From the NCBI GenBank assembly GCA_950097015.1, contig CATNEN010000038.1, positions 14,694,001-14,758,000 of the forward strand: a stretch of DNA of 64,000 bases. The letters are read 5' to 3'. The notes beneath the pieces are model-generated. The model searched no databases. It saw only the letters and a program-made list of their open reading frames with translations, and had not been told where the DNA came from. The stretch's first letter is position 1, and each line of letters starts with the position of its first letter. Source of the stretch: Macrostomum hystrix. Its lineage: Eukaryota; Animalia; Platyhelminthes. This document shows positions 26,711 through 40,285 of this stretch, one piece after another. The position numbers and the translations under genes were made by a program.

Positions 26711-29700
26711 GGGGAACTGAGGAGCAAGCTGGAGGAGAGGATAGGGGCTCTCCTAGCACCAGCTTCCTCGAGCGTTGGTACGCCTCCAACGCTGACCCCT
26801 ATGTGACGGCGATGGTTTCCAAGAAGACGGTGCCTTTTCTCCTAGATTCAGGGAGCAGGCGCTGTCTGATTGGAAGTGAGACGTGGGCATCTCTGCGGCA
26901 TGTAGTGCCGCACGCTGTGCTGACAGGAGAGAGTGCCCTGTGCAACTTCGATGGTTCTCGGTTGCCTGTCTTAGGGCGAGTCGCCTTTGAGGTCAGGCTC
27001 GGCGACTACGCTGTAGACGTCGAGTTCTGTGTGACAAAGGGCGAGCACGAGAACATCCTAGGAATTGATTTCATGCGCCAGCACACCCAGAAGATTGACT
27101 TTCCGAAGGGAATGCTGACCATGAAGTCAGGAACCAGAGTACCGCTGAGATTCACGAGGCGAGAGGCGAGGGCCAGTCGGGTTTACTCACTCGAGCAGAC
27201 CACTGTGCCAGTGCGCTCTTCGATGCTCGTGGCGGTGAAGCTAGCGGGTGGCCGAACAGACTGTCACGGCACGCCACTGCTTGTTGAGTCCTTGAAGTCA
27301 GGACTGAAGCCAGGGGCGTCTCAGGTTGAGATGGCTCCGACATTGTTGACGATGGCTGACGGGACAGGATGTGTTGAAGTCATCAACACCTCTTGCTTCC
27401 CGGCTGTCATTCGGCGCAATGGACTCGTAGGGCTAGCGAGGCCATTGAAGGCAGACGAACTTGAATATTTGCCAGAGTTGGAAGAGACGCCGGTCAGGCA
27501 GGTTCAGGCAGAAGGGCTGGAGAGCGATGAGACATAGCTAGATGAGGTGGAGATCTGTGAGAGGTTGACCGAGGAGCGGAGACATCGGGTTAAGGAGATG
27601 TTGAGAGAGTGCCGCGAGGCATTCGCGATGCATCCCCTGGACCATGGTGTCACTGACTTGGTTACTCATGAGATCATTGTGACAGATCCCACCCCAGTCC
27701 GCATGCCACCGAGGAGGATCCCGCCTCACTTAATGGAACAGCTGGACAAGATGCTGGATGAGATGTTGGCGAAGGCAACACCAAGCCGACATTCTCCAGC
27801 TATAACACGCCTCTCCTAATTGTCCTTAAGAAAGACAAGACGATCAGGATTGTCCTAGATTATCGCGAGTTAAACAGCCGCTGCCTGAAACATGTCTATC
27901 CGCTGCCAGACATTCAGCAGACCTTCGAGCACTTGAGAGGGGCGCAGTACTATTCCGCCCTCGATCTTGCTCAGGGTTTCTGGCAGATCCCGCTGAGAGA
28001 GCAGGACAGACACCTGACCGCGTTCTCGGTTCACCACAGAGGACAGTTTGAGTTTACAGCGTTGCCGATGGGCATGACGGATTCGGCAGGGTCTTTTCAG
28101 CGCTGTATCAACAAGCTGCTGGAGGGGCTGACGCCAAAGATAGCGCTGGGGTATATCGATGATATACTTGTCCACTCGCCTACCTTTGACGATCACTTGG
28201 AGCATCTGAGGATGATGCTGACGCGAATCCGTGAAGCCCAGTTCAAACTGAAGCCGAAGAAGTGCCACCTGATTAAGAGGGAGCTGCACTACTTAGGCCA
28301 TGTGGTGACACCTGAAGGCATCCTGGCGAACGAGGACGAGATCGCCGAGCTCAGGGGCTGGCCGACACCTCGAAGCGCCAAGGAACTGCGCAGCTTCTTG
28401 GGGTTGGCGCAGTACTACAAGAAGTTCGTCCGCAACTACTCAGGGATTGCAGCACCATTGCATGAGCTCACTAAGCGGGACATTAACAGCTTGAAGGGTC
28501 TGTGGAAGACAGAGCATGAGAGGGCTTTCCAGGGATTGAAGGATGCGTTGTGCTCTACGGAGGTACTGGCGTACCCGGAGTACACCTCTGACCCGAAAGT
28601 CACTTTCATCCTCGACACAGACGCCTCTGATGACCGCATAGGAGCTTGTCTGAATCAGCTGCAGTCCGATGGAGTAGAGAGGCCTGTCGGCAACTACAGC
28701 CGGAAGCTGCGAGGGCCGGAGACCCGCTACACTACGACCCGCAAAGAATTGTTGGCAGTCGTAGATGCGATGCGGCATTTCCGGTACTTCCTGGTTGGCA
28801 AGAAGTTTGTGGTCCGGTCTGATCACAAGGCCCTGCTGTGGCTCATGCATCAGACCGAGGCGACAGGCATCTTGGACCGTTGGGTTGAGAGGATGAGTTA
28901 GTTTGATTTCACCATTGTTCATCGTCCAGGAAAGTCTCACCAAAATGCTGACTCGATGTCGAGAAAGCCGGATAACCCGGTCAATTGTTCTTTTGGCGTA
29001 TTAACACCCCACAACCAGTTCGGTGCGAGTGCGTGCACCCGCCAATTTTCGAGTCAGCTGGAGGAGGGACAGGAAAGGGGCAATGAACAGGGTGAAATCA
29101 CAGAAGCCGCAGAGCCACTGCGAGCGGTGAAACCCAAGGCTCAGGATGTCGCTGACGGCCGATCAGGAAGGGAAGCAGCTGTGTCTAAAGGACTGGTGGA
29201 AGAGCCGGTCCTGGAACCTGTCCAGGTGCGCCAAGATAAGGCGGTGCTGCAAGGGTGTCAGGAAGACACGACTGCAGGCCAGCTTTTGAGGCGGGAAACA
29301 CCTGCTACGGGGCCCCGCAGTCAGCTCGTTGCAGCCAGTTCTGCCTGCAGACTGTGGATGCCGCCGTGCAGACGGTAGCTACTGAAGGTAGCTGGAGCCA
29401 GGGAGCCACAGGGGAGGAGCACTGGGTGCGGGGCTGTGATGCCAAGGCACAGGTGCAGACTCAGGTGGTGGCGGAAGGCTCAGAGGTGAATGAAAAAGTG
29501 CCCGCTCGTTGCAGCCAGTCCTGCCTGCAGGCGCCGGATCCAGAGCCTCTGGTGTGTCCGGAGATAGAGGAGGAAGTGTCCGCTCGTTTCCGCTCGTTGC
29601 AGCCAGTCCTGCCTGCAGACACCGAATCATGCTGTTGAGGAGTTCTCAGAAACAGGAGAAAAGTCGCTGGCTCGTTGCAGCCCGTCCTGCCTGCGAGCGA

Positions 29701-30673
29701 CAGATCCCGCTGTGTCAGGGTCCTCGGGTCAGGAAGATCAGCAGTTAGCTCGTTGCAGTCAGTCCTGCCTGCGAGCGACAGATCCCGCTGTATCAGGGTC
29801 CTCGGGTCAGGAAGATCAGCAGTTAGCTAGTTGCAGTCAGTCCTGCCTGCCGACTGTTGGTCTCTCCGTGGGACAGGGAGCAGAGGTGGAGGGGTGTTGT
29901 CAGACTCGTTGCGACCAGTCTCGCCTGTCAAGGACACCCCTTGCTGCCAGGGCTCCTGGGTCCAAGGACAAGGAGGACGAAGACAGTGGAGAGCTGCCTC
30001 CGGTAAGAGCAGTGGTGACAGAGTTCCTGAGGGTGCCGGTTAGCCAGGTTGAGTTGCTAGAAGCTCAGCACCAAGACCCAGCAATCCGGAACCTGACGGA
30101 ACTGAAGCTGTCAGGAAGGGAAAAGCCCAGGTTCGATCAGCGACTCCAGATGCCGAAGGAGGTCAGAGACCTGCTGGGCCCATTTGAGGAGCTGGAGGTG
30201 CCGCGTCAATGACGGGTTGCTCGTCATTGACTTTGATAACAACCGGCCGCCGCGACCGGTGCTACCGAAAGCATTAGACTCGCGCGTCTTTGAGGCCTTG
30301 CATGACTCACCTTTGGCGGATCATCTCGGCCAGTCCAAGACGGTGCAGAGAGTGAGAGACAGGTTCTGGAGACCCGGTCTCTGGACGGAGGCGACGGGGT
30401 ACGTTGCGCGTTGCAGGACATGTCTGGAAAGCAAGACAAGGCGGAAAGAGATGGTCCCACCGCAGAACTTTCCAGTGTGTGAGGTTTTGGGAAGGGTGCA
30501 CGCCGACGTGATTGGGCCTTTGTCACAACCAAGCGCCCGAGGACATCGGTACATCCTAACCATGTGTGATGCAACATCGAAGCACCCGTTCGCCTACCCG
30601 ATGAGGAACCAGAAGACTAAGACTGCTCAAACTGCTCAAACTGCTGCTAGATCGGTTTATTCCCGAGTACGGT
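26650..30673 (+). pseudogene. pol: Gypsy pol, disrupted
   Basis: ORF pieces 26803, 27547, 27933, 28956, 29712 and 30184 carry consecutive Pol motifs separated by stops and frameshifts. Confidence 0.9.
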
Positions 30674-33600
30674 ACTTTGACTTCGGACATCTCTGAATCT
30701 AGTTCCTGTCTTGGTTATTTTCACCATTTGTGTGTGCCACGCTACCACAGGTACAACACAGACGTTAGCCCTATCGCAACAAAAAAATACTTATTGTTAG
30801 ATGAGTCAAGCATATGGAAAATAGAGGCTGGTGTAAAGTTAAAATTTGATCCCTAGAATGTAGGAAAAATCTATTTCCTTCAGTATGCTTTTTTTCTAAA
30901 TATATTCTATTGAGCACACATGATGCTGTCTAAATAGACTCCTATTACTCCAGTAGGGGACCATAACTATGGGCTACTACTGGTCAAAACCAATGAAATA
31001 CCTTTAAGTGTTGTTTACCAAACATTCATAACTTTTTATGACATTTTGTTTATATTTTGCTAGGCCTAAAGCCTAGAGCTTCCAAAAGATACAGGTGTGT
31101 AACTGAAAGACACAAAACTCAATGCTTATTGAAAACTTGTTGACAAAACTTTCATTACCAGCTCTAATTTAACCACAAAGTTTAACTTGGTGTATTCAAG
31201 GCAGAAATCAATTGAACATTAAATTTTTCATGACACTATATTTAGTAATTACGATTAAAAGTCAAGACATGTCCCATATATAGGACTTTCAGTGTAACAA
31301 ATTAAAGCTTTGCTCACTTTGACCCATTTATAAAATATAGCAAACTCCTAGTTTGCTACGTTAAATTATTGGTAGTTTAAACGGACAAATAGCCGTTTGA
31401 TTATTTGTCTCGTTAACTGGTTAACCACCCAAGGACTTAATTTCTCCACTTTCAACGAGCAGGAGCAACGATCCTCCCAAAGACCACTCTTGCCCTCCTG
31501 ATAGCCATCTTGAGTCTTGACCTCACAAAGACCAAACAATACCCTTGAACTAAGTTAGTCCCTAAGTTAGTTAATTAATTTTTTAATTAGCTGATAAGCA
31601 AAAATAATTTGAGACAAACTTCAAATCTGAATGACTGTCCTTTTGCAGCTTGTTAATTATTTTATCTTACAAATGATAGAGGTTCTCGTGGTAGTGCTAC
31701 AACCCCTTATAACTTAGTTATAAGTTATAACTCGGTTAACTGGACAAATAATCAAATTGTTTTACAACAAATTTGGTTAACCGGACAATAACAATTTCAA
31801 GACATAACATAAGCAAAAAATCGAGGCACATATTTTACGCTATGTTGAAAACACAATTTAGAAGATACTGCTTTCTTTGCCTTTAGTTCTGAATTTTGAA
31901 GAGTAATGGGCATAGCATTGCTAGTTTCTTCTTTTCAGTGAAGTGATTTAAAATTATTTCTGTTTATTGAAAATATTCGTACGCTTTATATAAATAAAAT
32001 CTATATTTCGGCAAGTTAAAAAATAATCACAAAATATTAATCTGCAAAATTCAGGTTAGCACATGTCTGTTTGCTTCATTAACGAAAAAGTCTTTCTAAT
32101 AAAATTGACATTTAAATTCATGTAGCATAAAAACAAAAAGTATTATCAAAAAGTCTATCGATATTTTTTATCATATTTCTGATACATTAGTTAAGTTAAA
32201 TAACACAAAGTTTTTAGAAACATGCAAACCTGATTGGTCTTGCTTTTGACTCGATAACTTTAATAGCATATTTTTCGTTTGTCGTTTGTCAAATTGTCGT
32301 TTTCTGTTTTTTCAATTGCGAAATTAATTCGATAAAATTGTTACTTAAATAACAAGCATTTAGTAAACCAGGCTCACTGAAGTGTTCAGTGTTTTACTGA
32401 AAAAATCGTGAATGTGTAATAAAAAATATGTTACGCATAGAGCGTAGAGAACTAACAAAAGAAGTTATTGCAGGGGCTTCTATTTTTTTCATCATACCTT
32501 TTATGTTAAATTTCACGAGCTGATGATAATCTTTCAGATATGCGACTCGTGAGCGATTGCGAAACGTATATTGTCCTCTTTTGTTCGCCCTATTACACCA
32601 TGGAAATAAATAAAAGTAAGCGACTACTAACAAAATAACTTTTTATATCTGATTTGAATGATCGCGTAGCTGATGCACACCACACACATGTATTTAGGAT
32701 AAAAATTAAAATACGGTTTAAGCTGGCGTACTGTCTAGAGACAATACGCACAGACAGGTGAATACAGACATTTAAATAACTCTAGAACGCCTAGAAAAAA
32801 TTACTGCAATAGAATACGAGTCGCGCACACCATATTGCTTGCCGCGGAGCTAGAAGTAACAAACAAAATATTTTTTTTAAATTACACTTATCAATTTGCT
32901 CAGCTCAGTTTGTCAAAGCAAACTTAACAACCTGCACCGTAAGTGTGCGAATCTCAGATACATAGCATGGGAAGTAACGAGTGAACATAACTTTGCTGCC
33001 CTCTGGTGGACATGTACGCATTTTTTATATAAACTAAAAAATAAACAAAAAACACACAACACAACTGATCAAAAGAAATGACTGAGCTGATTTGATGTAA
33101 GCATTGTAGATATTTCGCAGAAATTCATGGATTTATAGGCAAATACACTTCTTGTACATCTCGCTCTAGATGCATTGCACCAAATAATTGTTTCTTGGAT
33201 GGAAAGGTGGAAAAGGTTTTACGAACAACTTCTATTCCTTCTAGTAATCATGCGTAATATAATAGTTTTTTCATTTCATTCTAAACGTTTGCCTGGCTCT
33301 GAATGCAGTCGGTGCAAAGCTTGGAACTATCAACAGCTACTAGCAGATACGACAGTAAGTGTCTAAGACGATTAGCAGGAAATGTGGCCACTACGGGGTC
33401 AAGGTAAAAACGGAATAAGAGATAAGATAATCACAACAGAAAAACTAGGAAAATAACAACTGATAAAAAAGGATGATCTTCGAGATGCCTTTGAAACTTA
33501 ACATACTACTCATATGTACAAGTCAACAATAAACATAGCTGCTCAGAAAAAGGATAATTTTACAAACCAAAAGAACTATTACAAACAAAACAATTGTAGT

Positions 33601-34267
33601 GATAAATAAAGGAACACTTTAACAAGCGAAGTGCCAAAAAACTAATCAAAACACAAGCGCGAAGCTTAATTTTGCTTTCTCTAGAAAAAAACAATTTACC
33701 TGCGAAAAACTTACGATCAAATAATCAGGCCTTTGTCTTTAGAAAAATGACTATGACAGAAAACGATTGCGTGAAACAATTTTTCGTAGAAATTTAAACA
33801 GAATGCCGAGAGAAAAAACTTGTTTAAGGCCTTAGCGTTTGATGACAATATTTATTCTGTGCGAATTGAATCAACTGTAGCACACAAACGAATGTTACTA
33901 ACTGACAGTAACAAAACGCTTTAAGTAGTTAAAAAAAATATCCCCTTAACTAGTTTACACAATCTGGCTTAGGCTACTTGCATTACAGCAGTGAAGAAAC
34001 CAAAAAAATCACTAAAAGATTCAACGAGGGGCAACAATCAGCTGCGCTTAGCTTTATAAATTATAACGTGAATTACTAAATAAATTATTAATAAACCAAT
34101 TATTCAAATACCAGTGTACGCAGTAAGTTTTCACAGTAAACTAGATTTTATTCCGATCAAACATATTTGCATCTTAAATTCTATTTCTATTATCATTCTA
34201 GACAAAAATATTCTACTTAACAAATGATACCAAATCAATGCCATCCTTCAATACTAGCGAGTGTGTG

Positions 34268-37200
34268 CTACAAGCGCTGAGTAGACGAGCTTCTGGCTGT
34301 GTCAGAGGATCCTGTGTCGCTAGTAAACGACTCCGGTGGCTCTGTGCTGCCAACCGAGGCTGTCTCGGAGCCATTATTAGCGGCCATCATTCTGCGTCGT
34401 TTAGTATTCAGAAATGCCGAGTGTACCTGCTGGACTGAGAGCGGACCCTCGGACGGGTTTAGCTTGCGCGATCGGATCACGGCGTCGAACAAGTCGCTAA
34501 TCTCCTGCTGACTGTCCGGCGTCTTAATTGGCTTCATAATGACGCGCTTCTTGTAATAGTGCTGGCGCTCGCTGGTCGGAGGAGCCATCGGGGCGCGGAA
34601 CTCGGCCAGGCCGCCTGAGTGCAGGTGGAGCGGATTAATGCGGAAAGTAGTTTAACGTGAATAAAATATTGAATTAGGAAACGGATTTCTTAAATTCTAG
34701 CAGGTAGGATTGGCATCAAGACGTAGTTGGGGTGGATAATTGGGCTGATTCTAGGGGGTGTAAGAGTGGATTCTATGAGAGTATGAGCGGATTCTAGGAG
34801 TGTAGGAGCGGATTTTTGGAGTGTATTGAGCGGATTCTAGGAGTTTAGGGGCGGATTCTAAAGTCAGCACACAGGTCAGAGTGACGGAGTGGGTAGGTGC
34901 GGTTTAAGAGAACGACGAAGCATTTTTCGCAGAGAAAGCAGATCTGAGGTTACATGCCATTTTGAGGTAATGCATCTACTAGCTTGCTATAATATCACAA
35001 CAAAGCTAGCGAGTTACAGTGGCTGAGTACAGTAAGATGAAACACGATTAGCTTTGTAAAACCACAAATTAGCCTAAGAGTGAGAAAGAAATGAAAAGAG
35101 GGTAAGAGAGAGACACACCAGAGCTAACCTTTAAAACATGACAGCTCAGCAAAGACAAAGGACAGTTGGGCTAAGCAAACAGAAAGACAGATTGCTCTCT
35201 AGGTGATTGCCGTTTCCTACGATTCATTTCTTTGTTAAAAAAGACTTGTAGCTCAGGCTCAAAATTACTAGCTAATGCAGTGGCGCTCAAGGGCAATGGA
35301 GAATATTATTTGGTTAGGTCAGCTGGAGACACGAACAACAATAATGGAATAAGGGTGGCTAACTAACTGAGCGTTGAAGCGTGGCTGCACTTTGTCAAAC
35401 TTGAAATCAATAGTCGCATGGGCTCACGGACTTAACAATCCGGCCAACCAGTTTCTATTGTACTGGTTGCACGCCGAAGCATTAAACAATGCTATAGGAA
35501 TAAAAAAATATTTTGTGCTAACACTTGGACTGCCCAGTTCAGTTCTAGCTTAACAGTTGAAGCAGAAACATAACTAGAGCTAGCTGCTGTTTATTATATA
35601 CAGTTTGCTCTTTTGCTTGCTAAAATGTCTTCGAAATACCAGCCTAATAATTTTGCCTGAAAACTATTTCATATGAGCAGAAATAGCATTTACGATTCTA
35701 AATGATGAAATCTGCACAATATGGTTGCTTTTTAAACACGTCGTGGTCAACAGTAAAAAAACAATTGTGTTGCAATTGTGAATTCAATTCATGTAAGCAA
35801 TTAGGGGCTAGGGGCGGATTTTTAGACTGAGCTGGGGGTATTTTTAGACTGAGCTGGGGGCTGATTTGTAGATTGAGTTAGGGGCGGATTTTTAGACTGA
35901 GCTGGGGGCGGATTTTTAGACTGAGCTAGGGGCGGATTTTTAGACTGAGCTAGGGGCAGATTTGTAAATTGAGTTAGGGGAATTTTTAGACTGAGAAGGG
36001 GCGGATTTCTAGATTGAGTTAGTGGCGGATTTTTAGACTGAGCTGGGGGCGGATTTTTAGACTCAGCTAGGGGCGGATTTCTAGATTGAGTTAGGGCGGA
36101 TTTGTAAATTGAGTTAGGGGCGGATTTCTAGACTGAGCTAGGGGCGGATTTGTATATTTAGTTAGTGGCGGATTTTTAGACTGAGCTGGGGGCAGATTTT
36201 TAGACTGAGCTGGGGGCAGATTTTTAGACTGAGCTAGGGGCTGATTGCTAGATTGAATTAGGGGCGGATTTGTAAATTGAGTTAGGGGCGGATTTTTAGA
36301 CTGAGAAGGGGCGGATTTCTAGATTGAGTTAGGGGCGGATTTGTAGATTGAGTTTTAGGGGCGGATTTTTAGACTGAGCTGGGCGGATTTCTAGATTGAG
36401 TTAGGGGCGGATATTTAGACTGAGTTAGGGGCGGATATTTAGACTGAGCTAGGGGCGGATTTGTAGATTGAGTTTTAGGGGCGGATTTTTAGACTGAGCT
36501 AGGGGCGGATTTTTAGACTTAGAAGGGGCGGATTTTTAGACAAAGCTAGGGGCGGATTTCTAGATTGAGTTAGGGGCGGAATTTTAGACTGACTAGGGGC
36601 GGATTTGTATATTGAGTTAGGGGCGGATTTTTAGACTGGGCTAGGGGCGGATTTTTAGACTGAGCTGGGGTGGATTTTTAGACAAAGCTAGGGGCGGATT
36701 TCTAGATTGAGTTAGGGGCGGATTTTCAGACTGAGCTAGGGGCGGATTTGTAGATTGAGTAAAGGGCGGTTTGTAGGCTGAGTAAGGGGCGGATTTGTAA
36801 AGTAAGGGGCAGATTTGAAGACAAAGCAAGGTCGAATTTGTAAAGCAAATTTAAAGGGTTTATTAAGCAAATTTAGAACTGATTTTTTCGGTCGAATCTG
36901 GTTTACCTGAGGGTGTTAAGGTTGCAGTGGCTCCAGCACCTGCAGCCCCAGAGCCACCAGCAACACTGGAGCAACCGCCGGCGCCTGAGCCACCGCCGAC
37001 CATCGAAGCTGACAAAGACTTGTCGCCGCTGATTGAAACGCAGTCAGGGTGTCCGACGGCACTGGTTGAGCCGTCAATGCCCTGAGCGTGGGCTGAGTTA
37101 GAAGACGAGTTAAAACTATTCGCGCTGCTATTGAAGCTGTTATTGGCTGGGACAGAATTTCCGGAGCGGTCATTATAATCGCAAGATTCGGCGGCGGCGG

Positions 37201-38113
37201 CAGCAGAACTGCCCATAGCCAGCTGTTTATTAGCCGTAATAGCTTTTGCAGCAGCCTCTCGCAGTTCTCTACGCCTGTTACGTTTGCAAATCTGTTTCAT
37301 GTGCTTCGGACCGGTGCCTTTGCGCGAATCGACAACCTAGAGTTCCGGGAGGGAAAATAACTTAACACTGTAGGATTTAGGAGGGCTGGATACACGCTCA
37401 AAGTAGGGTTTGATTCTATTGAAAACAAAAAAATGAAGAAGCTAAACAAAACTAATCCGTCACAAAAGGGGGGTCAGTGGCAGAGCAGTTAATGCGTTTG
37501 CACCAAGGTTCCTGAGCTCGATTCCGCGGCAGGAGACAAGACTGGAGGGCTTGTCATGCAATTTACGCCCTCGAGAGGGAACCTCCAAGGCAGTGAGAGT
37601 GTACACTGCCAGACGATGAGAAAGTTATGACAGATGTACACCCCTGTGTGTGTGAACGGTATCTATGTGCGTGTGTGCTCAGGCGTAAGAAAAATGGGCA
37701 GAATCACGGGGTAAAATTTACCAAAGATGTGCCATTTCCCGAAGTTATTATAATCATTTTTTTTTATTAACCCGTGACCAATCAGATGGGCTAGAATCTC
37801 TACTAGAGAAGCTGTATCACCGAAACCCTGAACTTCTTGCATACCGCTTGCATATACAAAGCTTATCTAGGTATTAAATCACCCTTACATTGGAATACTG
37901 AGCAGGCTTATTAGTCTGTTTGGAAGTGCCGCCACTGCCGCGCTTAACGCACAGAATACAGGCATTGCAAATTGAGCCAGCTCTTTGCCTCGCTTTGGGG
38001 CCAAAAACTGCCAAGAAGCCGGCCTCATAATCGGTTGATGGTTGAAATCTAGTTGTGCTGCTTTTAGTAGCACAAATGCAGCAGCCATCTTTGTTACGAA
38101 ATTGCTGCTTCAT
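34268..38113 (-). CDS. SINHCAF: SIN3-HDAC complex-associated factor (FAM60A). Predicted coding exons 38113-37889, 37336-36907, 34614-34268
   Basis: GCCICATKSSTTRF...SICNACILCVKR...NV|VDSRKGTGP matches the FAM60A N-terminal domain (GCCICRAKSSSSRF...DICNACVLLVKRW...VVDARAGP). GT-AG sites join in phase 0 and phase 1. Exon 3 rests on splice phase only. Confidence 0.82.
35803..36845. repeat. ~24-bp intronic minisatellite (gagctaggggcggatttttagact)
   Basis: Tandem units inside SINHCAF intron 2. A related short array lies at 34730-34860. Confidence 0.93.
37468..37745 (+). mobile_element. SINE family B, internally deleted, in a SINHCAF intron
   Basis: Homologous to 21128-21470. Confidence 0.8.
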
Positions 38114-40285
38114 AACTTGGACTGGTAGCACAGCTAATATAAATTTGTTTAGAGCCAAACAAGTACAATTGAAACCAATTGGTGTCAGCTCTAGAGTTGT
38201 TTGTTAGCTGAAGTTCAAGCTAGCCTTCTTTTGAACTTGCCAACCCCAGGCTATTATATGTTAGTCTCTTGGAACTTGAACTGAAAAATATATAAAGTAG
38301 TTGCTTATTGAAACAAAGTGCTAAAAAGGCATTAGATAGAGCCTTGTCCCTGCATTGCCCTTTACCTCATAGAACTTTTGTTCAATATAATTTTTTACAA
38401 AAGAATTGCTGAAATATTATATAAATTATTAGTGATAATCATTTAAAACAATAAAAGAAACATTAAATATATGTAGATATGGTTAGATATGGCCTAGATA
38501 TGGCTACAAATATTTTGAATTATAATTGTCACAACAATTATAGAAATTTTACAAAACAAATTTTACAATTGCTAAACAAAGTCATATTGCTATTTGTAAA
38601 TTGGTTGATAAAACTAATTGTAAATTGACATATTTGCTCAGTAATATATTTAAGTAAACTAACTAAAATTGATTAATTTATAATCAATTCTACTAAATTT
38701 CTGGTAAATTCATTAAGCAAACATTAATCTAGCTAGGCCTACCAATTTTATTATAACCAAGCCTTAGTAGGCCTATACTATGACATTGTTTAGCTAGTCA
38801 AGAAAATTATCATTAAATATTTTTGTTATCATTGACAGTAGGCTTAAAAATCAAAGTCTGACATGAAACCAGCAAGCAAAAGCAAAAATAACTAGGGTCT
38901 AGCAACTTTCTAGTGCTTGCCTTTGTAGCTATATATTGTTTTCTAACTACTAGGCCTATGACTAAGTTGTGTTTGGTCATAAGTACAGTACAGACACAGG
39001 TAAGCCTATGCTTATAGATAGGCCCCTACTTACAGAAACAATGTATTTGGCTATCACTGATGGCACAAAAAAGGAAACTTAAAATTCACATTTTAAGTTT
39101 TCTATGTTGCATATACAGCCTTGTATCTTTCAAAAATATGCCTAATTGTAGACAATAATAGATAGCTAACTTCAACCAAGTCTACAATAGCCATGTGTAG
39201 GGGCCTAGGATATGCCACTATAACAAAAACAAGTATTTCTACTCAACTTAGTCTACTATACAACTATATCTAGAGACTAAAGATTGACACTAGGCCTACA
39301 CCTAGCTATAGTAGGCCTAGTATAGCCATCAAGTAAGGGGTATAGGGGGCAATCTTTCCTAGGCCTAGTAGCTAGGCCCACTTTAGGCCTAGTTTAAGCA
39401 ATGGACTAAAGATCCAATGTGGCAATGATCCATTAGGTTTGGGTTAAGGTTTGCCTAGGCCACTAGACTAATCTTTGCTATGAAAAGAGTACAATACCCT
39501 AATTTGACATGGATTCTGTATAAATAACAAATTAGACATAATAAACACTTAGTAAAAACTAGGCCTAGCCAAAACTAGGCTTGAAAACTGCTTATAGAAC
39601 GCCAGAATTGCACATTTTTTGGATTTTAACTGAAAGGCGGACCCTTGTCAAGAATTCTGACTTAATGTGTCAAAGACCACACCTACATCCACCCGGCCAA
39701 CTCGTACCCATAAACGCAACTCGGATAAACGATAGGCCCTACCCTGCTCGGCAGCTCGGCTAACAGCTTTGTCAACACGGTTTCATTATTTCAAAGGAGG
39801 ATAACTTGTAAAAAGAAACGGACAGCTCAAAATTAAATTAATAATCTTGTAAAGGGTTTTATTATGCACACAGTACTGCATTGTTAGTTGCTGATAAATC
39901 TTAGAAATTCAGTACATAAAGATGTCGCGGTATTGCAGTGTGATCGCGCTCTGCCACTTTTGTGGACATCGTTTAAAATGTCGCCAACGAAGTCCAAAAT
40001 AACGAAAGGAATCTGTCATTTAGTAAAGGAACTTGAGCGTCTTCAGCCATTATAAAAGGTACTTAATTCCTGCGATTATTATCACTTTAATTCACATTTA
40101 CATTTGACCGCTAAAGTGTGATTGTTGAACTTTTCAAATTGTTTAGATGTGAATTTCGATCATTTTGACTAATCAGTCTTAGGATGATGCTCATCCACTA
40201 CTATACTATTGTTCTATGTCACAGCACCAAGGCACTATAAGAAAAAGTTTTTATTATTTTATTTTGATGTAGGATGACAGCTGGC

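Larger units (their letters stand above)
25649..30673 (+). mobile_element. Decayed Ty3/Gypsy retrotransposon internal region (gag-PR-RT-RH-IN); no LTRs seen
   Basis: CCHC knuckle CFGCGKFGHLRRDC, protease LLDSGS, RT LDLAQGFWQI/YIDD, RNase H DTDAS/ELLAV/SDHKAL, integrase HHCC and VHADVIGP, in RT-RH-IN order. Stops at 27535 and 28899 plus several frameshifts. Integrase is truncated near 30673. Confidence 0.95.

Noticed and set aside
31360-31800. Pogo/Tc1-like terminal motifs (ggttaactggacaaat repeats)
   Set aside because: Too degenerate to define TIRs or a TA target duplication.
32515-32575. CTGATGA...CGAAACGTA Penelope-type hammerhead
   Set aside because: Stem I cannot form and stem II is out of register.
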